29,482 nt of DNA from a virus (taxonomy: Duplodnaviria > Caudoviricetes), in IMG/VR virus record IMGVR_UViG_3300037195_000888, positions 1 through 29,482 of that record, one strand, 5' to 3'. The notes below the pieces were generated by a model, which had not been told where the DNA came from, made no database searches, and worked only from the letters and a program-made list of their open reading frames with translations. This document shows positions 1-9,141 of this stretch, in pieces. Positions within the stretch are counted from its first letter, which is position 1. The number at the start of each line of letters is the position of its first letter. The position numbers were made by a program, and so were the translations under genes.

Positions 1-122
1 ATCTACAGTTACATTATGTGGAAGCATGAATATTGAAGTTAATAAATTATTAGCCAAGTTGCCTGTACTCATATCATAAGTTGTAGCAGGATCAGTTCCA
101 CTTCCTAAACTCATTTCTACTG
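1..122. repeat. Imperfect terminal direct repeat, left copy (matches 29361..29482)
   Basis: 110/122 identical by manual alignment; perfect 58-bp core 43..100 = 29403..29460. Confidence 0.95.
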
Positions 123-501
123 AAGTAGTGCCAAAATATGTTGCTGGTGCAGTTAATAAAGGCATATGCTCCCCTGCAACTGGCACTAAATTATATGCAC
201 TAAATGTCTGATAAAATGTATTGACAGATACCTGTGATGCTCCTGCTAAAACTTTTGAATTTGTTGTATCTACAGAAAATACAGTGCTGTTATTCTGTTT
301 TTGAACTCTAAAAGTTCTAACTGTGTCATCGTTTACTGGATTGACACTTAAATCATCGTCAGAAAGTGATATGGCTGTATTATTTCCTGCTCCATCCTGT
401 ATTTTTCTACCAGTTGCATCAACACCTGTATTTGAGGATTGATTAATACCGAGAATATTTTTGTAAAATGATGCGAATGTTTTTCCTGTAAAACTTGGCA
501 T
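1..501 (-). CDS. Virion structural / tail-fibre-like protein, N-terminal part (continues across the circular junction into 29070..29482)
   Basis: Not in ORF track. ATG at 501, open to base 1: MPSFTGKTFASFYKNILGINQSSNTGVD...DMSTGNLANNLLTSIFMLPHNVTVD; the final residues match the ORF at the right end. Confidence 0.8.
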   Translation of the reverse strand, partial: MPSFTGKTFASFYKNILGINQSSNTGVDATGRKIQDGAGNNTAISLSDDDLSVNPVNDDTVRTFRVQKQNNSTVFSVDTTNSKVLAGASQVSVNTFYQTFSAYNLVPVAGEHMPLLTAPATYFGTTSVEMSLGSGTDPATTYDMSTGNLANNLLTSIFMLPHNVTVD

Positions 502-509
502 ATTATTCC

Positions 510-1190
510 TTAATCATAATTAAACTTTGGAACTGCATTTATAGAACAATCAGGAGGAAGTGCTGTTGCTTTCATAATAAAATCACAATATCTGCCTGAA
601 GCAGTTCCACCCCAATTAAGATACCCAATAGTATTACTTATTTTTGCTCCAAGATAGTAAGTATATACACTCCCTGCTGTTAGTCCAGTTATTACCCAAT
701 AATGTTGATGCATAGTATCATCAGTTTCATCAGGGAAAATAGCAAGTTGCTCATATCCTCCTCCAATACTATTATAGGTGGAATTATCAGATAAACCAAA
801 ATAAAAACTTCTACCTGAAGTAGTAACATTACAATAAACCTGAATCATAATTTCAACATTCCCACTTGGTGGAGCATGGAATGAAACATTCATACCACTA
901 TCAGGAACAGCATAAGAAGTAGTAAGTGCATAAGAATCGTGAACTCCTGTTTCACCTATCATTGTATATGCAATTATTGATCCCGAATAAGCAGGAATAA
1001 GATGATCTGAACCAAGATACATTTTTTCTATTTCAGCATAAGTATTCCCTGTAATTTCTAAATCTCCACTAACCCGACAGCCATTTCCCTGTTGTGCAAT
1101 TTCAATAGCAGTAGCCTTGCCACCTACCTTTAAAGGTCGCAAATTCTGATCCACAGGATGTGATTCTTGTAATTTTATATCATTTGCCAA
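510..1190 (-). CDS. Putative tail-fibre/receptor-binding-like protein
   Basis: 226 aa; beta-rich, aromatic C-terminal domain (SFHAPPSGNVEI...GLTAGSVYTYYLGAK...MKATALP) typical of phage fibre tips. Confidence 0.5.
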   Translation of the reverse strand: MANDIKLQESHPVDQNLRPLKVGGKATAIEIAQQGNGCRVSGDLEITGNTYAEIEKMYLGSDHLIPAYSGSIIAYTMIGETGVHDSYALTTSYAVPDSGMNVSFHAPPSGNVEIMIQVYCNVTTSGRSFYFGLSDNSTYNSIGGGYEQLAIFPDETDDTMHQHYWVITGLTAGSVYTYYLGAKISNTIGYLNWGGTASGRYCDFIMKATALPPDCSINAVPKFNYD

Positions 1191-1452
1191 GTGATTTGAA
1201 TGCCTTTTTTCTTTTTATCTTTTTAATAGTTTCCTTCACATCTTCCCATTCTTCTAAATCTATTGCTGGTGGATGATGATCTTCAACCAACATTTGAATC
1301 TGCACTTCTAATTTTTCAATCCTTTGATCTGCATCATTTGGCTGTTCAACATATTCCAATACCTTATCCAGTTTAAATATTTCCATAAACTGGTCCATAA
1401 TCTTCGGCATAATCAGTTTAATAATATATGGTGCGAATGAAGCAGGAATCAT
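1180..1452 (-). CDS. Hypothetical protein (coiled-coil, lysis-region)
   Basis: 90 aa ORF, overlaps both neighbours. Confidence 0.6.
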   Translation of the reverse strand: MIPASFAPYIIKLIMPKIMDQFMEIFKLDKVLEYVEQPNDADQRIEKLEVQIQMLVEDHHPPAIDLEEWEDVKETIKKIKRKKAFKSLGK

Positions 1453-1649
1453 TATTTTTTAATTCCTTCAACCACATCAATTACCACTTCATAAATTGCT
1501 TCCATCAGTTCTGCTTCCTGTTTTTCATTTAAAATTGGAAGATTCACTTTAGCATTGGCAGATTTAATCACCTCTGTTTTATTGTTTTTAAGATACTTAA
1601 CAACATACTCTAATGCAAACTTCTGTAAGAATTGTGCCAATTTATTCAT
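1452..1649 (-). CDS. Hypothetical protein
   Basis: 65 aa ORF, TAATG coupling to the next gene. Confidence 0.6.
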   Translation of the reverse strand: MNKLAQFLQKFALEYVVKYLKNNKTEVIKSANAKVNLPILNEKQEAELMEAIYEVVIDVVEGIKK

Positions 1650-1663
1650 TTACTTTTCATCCT

Positions 1664-1945
1664 TTATTTTCTTAATCCATTGCCTGTTAATTTAACCAGT
1701 ATATCAACAAGTGCATCCATCCTGTTCAGTATTGCCTCAAAATTCTGCCTGTTGAGTTCTCTTTCTTTTTTAGAATTATCAATCAACTTTATAACAATAC
1801 TTTCAATTCTTTCTTCATTCTTTTTAATCTGCCCCATCATATCGTTAGCCATCCAATTAAACAATTTTACTATGCCCCAAGTTACTCCAATAAGCATAAC
1901 AACACTTATTCCAAATTTTTCTGCAATCGCTATCCATTGATCCAC
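1664..1945 (-). CDS. Putative holin-like membrane protein
   Basis: One N-terminal TM helix (FGISVVMLIGVTWGIVKLF) plus coiled coil, directly downstream of the lysozyme. Confidence 0.55.
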   Translation of the reverse strand: MDQWIAIAEKFGISVVMLIGVTWGIVKLFNWMANDMMGQIKKNEERIESIVIKLIDNSKKERELNRQNFEAILNRMDALVDILVKLTGNGLRK

Positions 1946-2349
1946 TAACCATGTTCCCTGACAATATCAGCCAGTCGTTCACTTCTTGCTGGTGTCTGCT
2001 TATGCCATCTGCTATCCAGCATCTCTGTTGCAGCCAACTGAAATTCTTTATTTTTCATGTGTACAATCATTTTTTTGAATTTTAACATTCCAGAGGTTCC
2101 AATTTGGTAGGTCATTTCGATAATTACACCCTGGACCATCGGAGGAAGATCTTTATACCAATCTAATTTATCTAGAAGTTTTAAGTGTTTTTTGGGGACT
2201 CGACTAGCGAGAATGTTAAGGGATTCTTCTTCTGTTATATATGTTAATCCATGTCCGAAGGTATCAACACCTTCCGAACATTTATAAACTTTACTTCGGA
2301 ATCCTTCATTCTCGGCTATTCGTTCAATTAAAGCCTTGAAGTCAGGCAT
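1945..2349 (-). CDS. Endolysin, GH24 T4-lysozyme-like
   Basis: ENEGFRSKVYKCSEGVDTFGHG catalytic Glu/Thr motif; AATEMLDSRWHKQTPARSERLA C-terminal motif. Confidence 0.9.
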   Translation of the reverse strand: MPDFKALIERIAENEGFRSKVYKCSEGVDTFGHGLTYITEEESLNILASRVPKKHLKLLDKLDWYKDLPPMVQGVIIEMTYQIGTSGMLKFKKMIVHMKNKEFQLAATEMLDSRWHKQTPARSERLADIVREHG

Positions 2350-2552
2350 TAATTAGCCTCTAATACAACCAAAGTAAATATTTTACTTCCGAATTTTGTG
2401 CAGGTAATATTAAGTTGTGTTGTTATATCTGCTGTTCCAATATTAGCACTAACATAATCTTCTATATCTTCAGGAAGAGTACCATCTGCATCACCCGAAG
2501 TTCCAACTATTTTATCATCATTATGTAGAAATGATTTAGCAACAATAGCCAT
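2349..2552 (-). CDS. Small hypothetical protein (possibly virion-associated)
   Basis: 67 aa, TAATG overlaps on both sides. Confidence 0.6.
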   Translation of the reverse strand: MAIVAKSFLHNDDKIVGTSGDADGTLPEDIEDYVSANIGTADITTQLNITCTKFGSKIFTLVVLEAN

Positions 2553-2707
2553 TATTTATCTCCCTTTTTAGCAGATTTTTTAGCAACCTTTTTAATAGCC
2601 TTACCATTTGCATCACATTCTTCAAACCTATCTTTCAGGGATGCAAGGTCATGGTTTTCAGTAGCCTCAATAATAATACCACTTGGTTTTTTAAAATATT
2701 TTGCCAT
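2552..2707 (-). CDS. Small basic protein downstream of the capsid gene
   Basis: Not in track. 51 aa MAKYFKKPSGIIIEATENHDLASLKDRFEECDANGKAIKKVAKKSAKKGDK; AAGGAG SD upstream; TAATG coupling. Confidence 0.75.
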   Translation of the reverse strand: MAKYFKKPSGIIIEATENHDLASLKDRFEECDANGKAIKKVAKKSAKKGDK

Positions 2708-2723
2708 TTATTAATCTCCTTAT

Positions 2724-2770
2724 TCAACATGAGGGCAGAATGACTGCACGAAATTCCACCCTCATATCAA
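2724..2770 (-). other. 18-bp RNA hairpin 3' of the major capsid gene
   Basis: UUGAUAUGAGGGUGGAAU pairs fully with AUUCUGCCCUCAUGUUGA using 5 G-U pairs (minus strand only); 11-nt loop; no U-tract. Confidence 0.65.
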
Positions 2771-2779
2771 GATTGTTAT

Positions 2780-3661
2780 TTATGAAACATCAGTTAATAT
2801 ATAAACACCAAAGCCATCTTTGACTTCTATCTCACCCCAAAAACCTGTTGCGACATAATTAACAGCACGGAGCATTTCATCTCTTTCTGATGCTATTCTA
2901 AATAAGCCTTCAGGTCCAACACCGATTCCAATACCACCTTTAGACATTGCAAAACCAGCAGCATCACCACCTGAACTTACATCTTCATCAATCTGATCTG
3001 ACCAGTATACATTGAATCCTGCAATAGAAGTAACATATCCAGCACCAAATGCTTCATTACCCTTGTCACCCATTAATGACATTGGTTTTGCATTACTACC
3101 TGTAACAGCATCATCATGCAACAAACTGATTATACCTTTTGGACCCCATACCTGTTTTGGTGATAATACCAAACTATAAGGAAATGGAGCAGATGCAGCA
3201 CGAAGTTGCCTCATAGCACCAAATATATGCGATAATGCTAAAGCAGTTCCAGCACCACATTCTGTTTGTGAAAAACCCTTACCAAGTTCAACACAATCAT
3301 CATCAAGTTTAGCAGCAACAGCATTACCAAGAGCAGTTCCAGCCTGACCAACTATATCATCATTTGATCCCATAAGTACAAGATCACTTACAGTTGAAGC
3401 AATAACGTGTTCAGTTATGGTTGCTGTTCTTGCTGCAGTTGTAATTGCAATAGCAGTAGTTGTTGTAGCCTGTGTTGCAGCAGTTACATTACCTGAAGTT
3501 AATTTAGTCCAATCTGAAAAATTAACATGACTTGATCCTCTTGCAGCCTGTTGAACTGTACAGATAGGATACATTACATTTACATGATTAAAAGCAATAA
3601 CTGCATCACCGATAGTTCTTCCGAGACCACCAGCAGCAGTTGAAGTATTAGTTAAAGCCAT
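2780..3661 (-). CDS. Major capsid protein (HK97 fold)
   Basis: 293 aa, downstream of scaffold; LGNAVAAKLDDD backbone helix and SIAGFNVYWSDQI motif; AGGAG SD. Confidence 0.85.
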   Translation of the reverse strand: MALTNTSTAAGGLGRTIGDAVIAFNHVNVMYPICTVQQAARGSSHVNFSDWTKLTSGNVTAATQATTTTAIAITTAARTATITEHVIASTVSDLVLMGSNDDIVGQAGTALGNAVAAKLDDDCVELGKGFSQTECGAGTALALSHIFGAMRQLRAASAPFPYSLVLSPKQVWGPKGIISLLHDDAVTGSNAKPMSLMGDKGNEAFGAGYVTSIAGFNVYWSDQIDEDVSSGGDAAGFAMSKGGIGIGVGPEGLFRIASERDEMLRAVNYVATGFWGEIEVKDGFGVYILTDVS

Positions 3662-3718
3662 CTTTAACTCCTAAAATTTATCCATCCTCAACTGCTCTTG
3701 TGAGCCTTCGGGTAGGAT

Positions 3719-3964
3719 TTAATTATTATTTAATGTTCCCTTGCCAAATCCACTAAAATAACCAACGGATGCTTTAACAGGATTTTTGCCTTCACCTTTT
3801 CGGGTTGCCCTTTCTTCCATCTCATCTATATATTGCATATATCTGATAGGCTCCCCTTTGTGAGTAACTTTTGCATCACCATCAGGCAATACAGTATGTG
3901 TTAGGTCACCATTTGGATCAAGATCAATCCCAAAAGGTTTGTGCTGATTTTTAGACACCACCAT
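3719..3964 (-). CDS. Hypothetical protein between scaffold and capsid
   Basis: ~81 aa ORF overlapping the scaffold 3' end; start uncertain (3964 or 3970). Confidence 0.6.
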   Translation of the reverse strand: MVVSKNQHKPFGIDLDPNGDLTHTVLPDGDAKVTHKGEPIRYMQYIDEMEERATRKGEGKNPVKASVGYFSGFGKGTLNNN

Positions 3965-4529
3965 ATCCAATTTTGATACCTTGTGAATCAGGTGTCATAT
4001 TTGATTGTTTATATCCTTCGGGGTCTTTAGATGCCCATTCAGCATGAGAACTATATCCACCAAATTCACCTTTAGCAGTTGTTCCTGCTCTTGATGAATC
4101 GGTCTTACCGGCATTAACATTACTTTGTAATTGCTCGATATATTGAGCCTTTACAGCATTAGTCATACCTTTTGTAAATACATGCTGATCTTCAGGAATT
4201 TTAGCATCAAGTCTTTCACTTTCCTCCAATTCCTTCGCTTCATAAGCCTTAATCTGTTCAGCTTGTTTTTTGTTCAGAGCATCAGTTTCGTTGTATAAAG
4301 TTTCAAATTCAGAGTTCTTTTTTAAAGTCTGCTGCCTTGCATCTTCCTCTGCTGCCTTTAGCTTGGCATTTTCTGCTTTTAAACTCTCGTTTTCTGACTT
4401 AAACTGATTCTTTTGAACATTCACTTCCTGAAACCTTGTGTAAGGCACATCATTTTTATCAGCTTGTGTGCTTGGATTTGTTTCGCTGTTTTCTTCAGCT
4501 TGTGGTGTATTTACTTGTTCTTCAGACAT
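3951..4529 (-). CDS. Head scaffolding protein
   Basis: Acidic N-terminus, VPYTRFQEVN motif and long coiled coil typical of scaffolds; upstream of MCP. Confidence 0.8.
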   Translation of the reverse strand: MSEEQVNTPQAEENSETNPSTQADKNDVPYTRFQEVNVQKNQFKSENESLKAENAKLKAAEEDARQQTLKKNSEFETLYNETDALNKKQAEQIKAYEAKELEESERLDAKIPEDQHVFTKGMTNAVKAQYIEQLQSNVNAGKTDSSRAGTTAKGEFGGYSSHAEWASKDPEGYKQSNMTPDSQGIKIGYGGV

Positions 4530-4574
4530 TTTAAATCCTCTTTTGTGAGTTAAAGTTATACTTTAATTTAATAA

Positions 4575-5027
4575 TTATATGTTAAAAGTTCTACCTTTTA
4601 TTTTACCCAATTCTTTTTTGACATATTTATCTGCTTCTTTCATAATCCATTTTCCAACAGGCTTTGGCAATGGTTTGCTTTCTGTTGCTATGGGTCTACC
4701 ACTTTTTGTTAATGACTTAACTTTGCCCATATCAGTTATAAAACCAAACCCCATGCCCCCACTAACAAAACCTGAATTAGATGCAGCGAAATCCTTTAAT
4801 AAATCTCCTGTGGCTACTGGTGCAAAACTACCTCCAAATTTTCTATGTTGCCTTTTTAATAATCTCGCTATTTTATTTGTGCCATAAGGTTCACTATAAG
4901 TTTGAGGATAATCACCACCCTCTACATTTTTAGCATCAGCACCACCACCAGCAGGATCAAATATATATTTCCTGTACTGCATTGGCAATTCTTTTACCAA
5001 TATATCAAAAAAACTTCTATCAAGCAT
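4575..5027 (-). CDS. Putative virion morphogenesis / head-tail (neck) protein
   Basis: 150 aa basic protein with TGDLLKD motif; head-module position. Confidence 0.45.
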   Translation of the reverse strand: MLDRSFFDILVKELPMQYRKYIFDPAGGGADAKNVEGGDYPQTYSEPYGTNKIARLLKRQHRKFGGSFAPVATGDLLKDFAASNSGFVSGGMGFGFITDMGKVKSLTKSGRPIATESKPLPKPVGKWIMKEADKYVKKELGKIKGRTFNI

Positions 5028-5724
5028 CTACAAATTTATCCTTATTAAATCCCTGATCTTTTGGACTACTACTCCTCTGTTCCCACCTGTGCCTACAATT
5101 CCAGATTTCGTTATTGAAATCTCCAAACCTACTAACAATTTCTTTTCTTGTTGCTGGACTATATCCAATCTTCTCTACACACCTATCTCTTGTTTTTGAA
5201 TCATAAGCACCTATGTAGATATATTCAGTATCTTTAGGCAAATTTTCAGATAGGAAATTAGTAACAGCAGAACTATATTGTCCATAGGCTGTTATTATTT
5301 GTGTTTCTATATTTGGTGTCACATCTCCTATTGATTTTAATATTTCTGTCGGAGTTAATTGCTGTGATATGCCCATGTATGTATTAAGCAATATATTATC
5401 AGCCATCTTATCCACAAATTCAGTAACCAATAACCTTTTACTATTATCCAATAATAACCTCAATGTGCTTTCTGAAAGCATAGAAGTAGAATACATATTT
5501 GTAAGAATAGATACAGCACCTGCTTCATATAATCCGACAGCACTCGACATTTTTAACCCCATTGCATATTTTAAATCTATACTTGATAAAATCTCTAATA
5601 CTTCTTCGCTTGTTTTACCCTGTACTAATTCGATCAATGAATTAACAACCTCCTCAACAGCCTTATTGCTTTTCTCTGCAATAACTGCTGCAATTCTATC
5701 TAATTCATTTGATATATCTGCCAT
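5020..5724 (-). CDS. Head morphogenesis protein (MuF/SPP1 gp7-like)
   Basis: DSKTRDRC...WNCRHRW motif; directly after the portal. Confidence 0.7.
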   Translation of the reverse strand: MADISNELDRIAAVIAEKSNKAVEEVVNSLIELVQGKTSEEVLEILSSIDLKYAMGLKMSSAVGLYEAGAVSILTNMYSTSMLSESTLRLLLDNSKRLLVTEFVDKMADNILLNTYMGISQQLTPTEILKSIGDVTPNIETQIITAYGQYSSAVTNFLSENLPKDTEYIYIGAYDSKTRDRCVEKIGYSPATRKEIVSRFGDFNNEIWNCRHRWEQRSSSPKDQGFNKDKFVDA

Positions 5725-7065
5725 CTATACAGGTGTTGTCAGAGCAGCCAAGAGTGGAGAAGTTTCAGTTACTACTTCAGCTTCTTCCACTCCTGACCTT
5801 TCGGCTAAATAATCTAAAGCATCTTGTCTTTCAGGAAATTTATCAGGGTCTTTCTGCATCAATATATCAGCATCATCAATATGTCCGTTGGCTTTTTCCC
5901 AATCCCATTTTGCCCTCTGTTCTTCCTCTGATAATATTTCAGTAGATTCCTCATAATCAATACCAAGTAGAAATCCTGCATCTCTGCCCTGTTCAACTGC
6001 TATAATTCTTTCCTCTACACCAAACAGATCATATTCAATTCTTTTCCATCTTTCCACATCTGATCTTCTGCTATCCATTAACTCCTGATTGCGAAGTCTT
6101 AAAGCCACACCACTTTCAGCAGTTGTGCCTTCAACAAATGAAACAGATAGGTGATAATTCTGTGCTAACATTTTATAACTAAAATTTATACTATCAACAA
6201 GTGCAGGAACACTATTAGGTGGTGCTACCATATTAAGAGTACCATCATGACCAAGAAATGCCCACTTGTCTTGACCTATCTCTAATTTATCTTTTTCAAT
6301 ATTGCTACCATTTACATAACCATAACCAAAGCTCTGATACTGATTATTGGCATTCATATTAAATGTAGCCTGATTTATTTGTTCATTAGTAGCAATTAAA
6401 GAAGGTGAAGCATCTGTATCAAAGTATGATGATTCAGGCTTTCCATCTCTATAACATTCCACAAATGGAAGTATCTGATATGGATTAGCCATTTCAGGAT
6501 TATCTTCAGATACTATTTTCTTCCCTGTTCCTTTCTCCCAAATAAAATGGTTATCAGCATCCCAATATGCCCAAAGTTCAGGAGTAGTATCCAAAACAGT
6601 ACTACGAACAGATAAAGGATAAGTAATAGCAGATGGATTAAGTGGATCATTATCATCAAATCTTGGCTCCCAATCTCTAATTATATCATATTCAATTCTT
6701 TCATTTCTCCAAGTTGGCTTCAGCAGTATGCACTCCAGCAGGTTACACAACTTCTCTGCTCTCTGCATCTTAAAGTTCTTTTGATAAAACATATCAGGTG
6801 TCTTTTCATTTGAGTATTCCCTGATTGGTGCTTTCATATATACAAGGCTGATTCTATCAATGATTCTTTTAGTGATATTATTATTGGGGCATACTACGGA
6901 TTTTATTATATCTGATCCTTCATAGTAACTCTTTGTATATGCTTCCGTTCTGCCTTTATAATAATCATAAGCCTTATCTCTTGACATCATCCATCTTTTC
7001 TTGGACTGATCTTGCCACATAACTTTACTTTGTTCTACTAATAACTGACTGCTTGATGGAATCAT
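5725..7065 (-). CDS. Portal protein (SPP1 gp6-like)
   Basis: 446 aa after TerL; DYYKG near N-terminus, AESGVALRL motif. Confidence 0.85.
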   Translation of the reverse strand: MIPSSSQLLVEQSKVMWQDQSKKRWMMSRDKAYDYYKGRTEAYTKSYYEGSDIIKSVVCPNNNITKRIIDRISLVYMKAPIREYSNEKTPDMFYQKNFKMQRAEKLCNLLECILLKPTWRNERIEYDIIRDWEPRFDDNDPLNPSAITYPLSVRSTVLDTTPELWAYWDADNHFIWEKGTGKKIVSEDNPEMANPYQILPFVECYRDGKPESSYFDTDASPSLIATNEQINQATFNMNANNQYQSFGYGYVNGSNIEKDKLEIGQDKWAFLGHDGTLNMVAPPNSVPALVDSINFSYKMLAQNYHLSVSFVEGTTAESGVALRLRNQELMDSRRSDVERWKRIEYDLFGVEERIIAVEQGRDAGFLLGIDYEESTEILSEEEQRAKWDWEKANGHIDDADILMQKDPDKFPERQDALDYLAERSGVEEAEVVTETSPLLAALTTPV

Positions 7066-8300
7066 CTGTTTATACTCCCCATTAGTGGTTTAATTATTGG
7101 ATATGAAAAATCTATCGCATAAGAAATTCCATCGCTGAAATGAGTACGATCCTTATTACTTTTGTCAATTTCTCTTGTTCCTTCTTTATTGACAGTCTGT
7201 TCCAAGTCTGTAATTAACCCCTTACAGGATGGGTCTATTATAAAATTATCTTCACATAACTTATTTACTGCATTAACCCTATCAACTACTCTTGGTGCTT
7301 TAGGCTTTACCCTTATCTCAAAGCCACCCTGTCTTAATATATCATGGTCAGTATGTAATGCAGATGTATGCCTTTGGTTAGCAGGATCAGGATATGCAAT
7401 ATACTTATTGCTTGGATACCTACCCTTAATCTCCTGAACCATTCTTTCAGTTATTATTTCTGCTCCTCCACCATGATGTAATTCAATTTCTGCGAAAACT
7501 TGTAGTTCAGGCTTGTTACCTTTGGTGATGTGAAATAAGGAACATGCCATAGGGGAGACATTGAAGTCGATTGCACATCTAACTGGTAAGGTAGGATTAT
7601 AGGTATTTGGTCTGACATTTTTCTCCCTTGTAAATTGGTAATAGGTTGCACCTTGCTGAAGATTAACAAATTCTCCATTCAGATAGGCTTTTAATAAGTT
7701 CTCATCATAATTATCTTTCAGGCTCTTAATAAATTCTTCAGGAAGCATAATATTATCTTCTGTTCTTCCCCTTATAAGTTTATATCCATCTATTGGATTA
7801 TTACCCCAGTATTTATAAACAAACTTGAATCCTTCAGGTGTACCACTACCAAAGGCAGTAAGTGTATTGCCATCCCGAAGCCTTGACAATAACATCTTCC
7901 AGGCTCTATCATCCCTTAACTGATCTGCTTCGTCTATTCCCCCTGCTGCCAAGTTCAACCCTGCCCACCTCAAATATGATTCACAACTCCTCATAATAAC
8001 ATCACACCATCCCTGTTTCCAATACACCCTGTATTTAGTTGATGTTGCTGTATAATCATAATCAAATCCTGCCTGTTTTAATACTAATTCAAAGCATGGC
8101 TGAAGCACATCTCTAATCATGGGGTAGGTTGGTTCAGCAAGTAATATAGTTTTTCCAGCATTCTTTGAGCATTGCTTTAGTGCAAATATACAGAAGCCAT
8201 AAGTCTTGCCTGAACCATATCCACCAAGCAGGAACGGATACTTATCTTCTGACATAACATAATCTAACTGGTGTTGGAATAATTTAAAGGAGTTCAACAC
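7062..8300 (-). CDS. terL: Terminase large subunit
   Basis: Walker A GGYGSGKT, Walker B GGIDEAD, nuclease AIDFN and HFSDGISY. Confidence 0.95.
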   Translation of the reverse strand: MLNSFKLFQHQLDYVMSEDKYPFLLGGYGSGKTYGFCIFALKQCSKNAGKTILLAEPTYPMIRDVLQPCFELVLKQAGFDYDYTATSTKYRVYWKQGWCDVIMRSCESYLRWAGLNLAAGGIDEADQLRDDRAWKMLLSRLRDGNTLTAFGSGTPEGFKFVYKYWGNNPIDGYKLIRGRTEDNIMLPEEFIKSLKDNYDENLLKAYLNGEFVNLQQGATYYQFTREKNVRPNTYNPTLPVRCAIDFNVSPMACSLFHITKGNKPELQVFAEIELHHGGGAEIITERMVQEIKGRYPSNKYIAYPDPANQRHTSALHTDHDILRQGGFEIRVKPKAPRVVDRVNAVNKLCEDNFIIDPSCKGLITDLEQTVNKEGTREIDKSNKDRTHFSDGISYAIDFSYPIIKPLMGSINR

Positions 8301-8616
8301 TAAATCCTTCAGGTAGTTCTGTTGTTGTTATCTCTTGCTTATCAGTCTGCCCAAGCATCTGTTTACCCAGCCATATAAGCATTGCTACATTACCTCTTTC
8401 TGCTGACTTTAATTGCCATTGTCTTAATCTTATTTTACCCTTATCTCTACCTTTTGTAAGAAATTCGGAATAACTCTTGCGAATAAGTGATTCATCACAG
8501 CCAAAAAAAGATGCTATCTCTGTATTAGTACAGCCTAATCCTGATAACTTTTCTACTTGATCTGTATCTATATTATATTTCTTTGGTCTGCCTGGTGTTT
8601 TCTTCTTACCACTCAT
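8284..8616 (-). CDS. terS: Terminase small subunit
   Basis: GRPKK, HTH (GCTNTEIASFFGC), GNVAMLIWLGKQMLGQTD motif; upstream of terL; start at the ATGAGTGGTAA overlap. Confidence 0.85.
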   Translation of the reverse strand: MSGKKKTPGRPKKYNIDTDQVEKLSGLGCTNTEIASFFGCDESLIRKSYSEFLTKGRDKGKIRLRQWQLKSAERGNVAMLIWLGKQMLGQTDKQEITTTELPEGFSVELL

Positions 8617-8665
8617 ATTCACATTTAGGACACTTATTGTCAGTTTCTATATTTTCATCATATTC
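8606..8665. repeat. 60-bp gene-junction repeat, copy 1 (copy 2 at 12721..12780)
   Basis: 46/60 identical; both encode E(Y/F)DENIExxxxCPxCxYEW-stop overlapping the MSGK start of the next gene. Confidence 0.85.
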
Positions 8666-9079
8666 TTTTTGATTAGGCTCTTTCCAATAATCTTCATTAA
8701 ATAATTTTAACTCTTCCTCATCAAATCCAAAGCCTATCAATTCTTCTATTTCAAAATTGTTAGCCAATATATCCATATCCCACTCACCTGTATTCTTATT
8801 CAGCCTGATATTTAATTCTCTTTCTTTCTCGTATGTAAGATCAACCTCCAGCACAGGCACATATTCAATGTCCATATCCTTTGCCACCTTAACCCTTTGA
8901 TGACCACCCACTATGATATTCTTCCTGTCTTTATTGCTATTTACTATAATTGGATCAACCAGTCCAAACCTGCTAATAGAATCTTTCAGGTTCTGATACT
9001 GATCTTTGGTAAGTTGTCGTGGATTATATTCTGCGAAGATTAGGGAGCCTATTTCCCTGTGGATTATTTTATGTTCCAT
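8606..9079 (-). CDS. ParB/Srx-like protein with C-terminal CxxC
   Basis: YNPR...SISRFGLVDPIIVN...IVGGHQR ParB-N motif; ends CPKCEYEW. Confidence 0.85.
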   Translation of the reverse strand: MEHKIIHREIGSLIFAEYNPRQLTKDQYQNLKDSISRFGLVDPIIVNSNKDRKNIIVGGHQRVKVAKDMDIEYVPVLEVDLTYEKERELNIRLNKNTGEWDMDILANNFEIEELIGFGFDEEELKLFNEDYWKEPNQKEYDENIETDNKCPKCEYEW

Positions 9080-9141
9080 TTATCACCCATATTTTAGATG
9101 ATAATTTATATTATTTTACTTGTATTATTAAAAGAAATTGT

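Noticed and set aside
4550-4566. Inverted repeat TTAAAGT-TAT-ACTTTAA upstream of the scaffold gene, and TAAATTA-like words here and near 9100 as late promoters
   Set aside because: Very AT-rich, few occurrences, could arise by chance.
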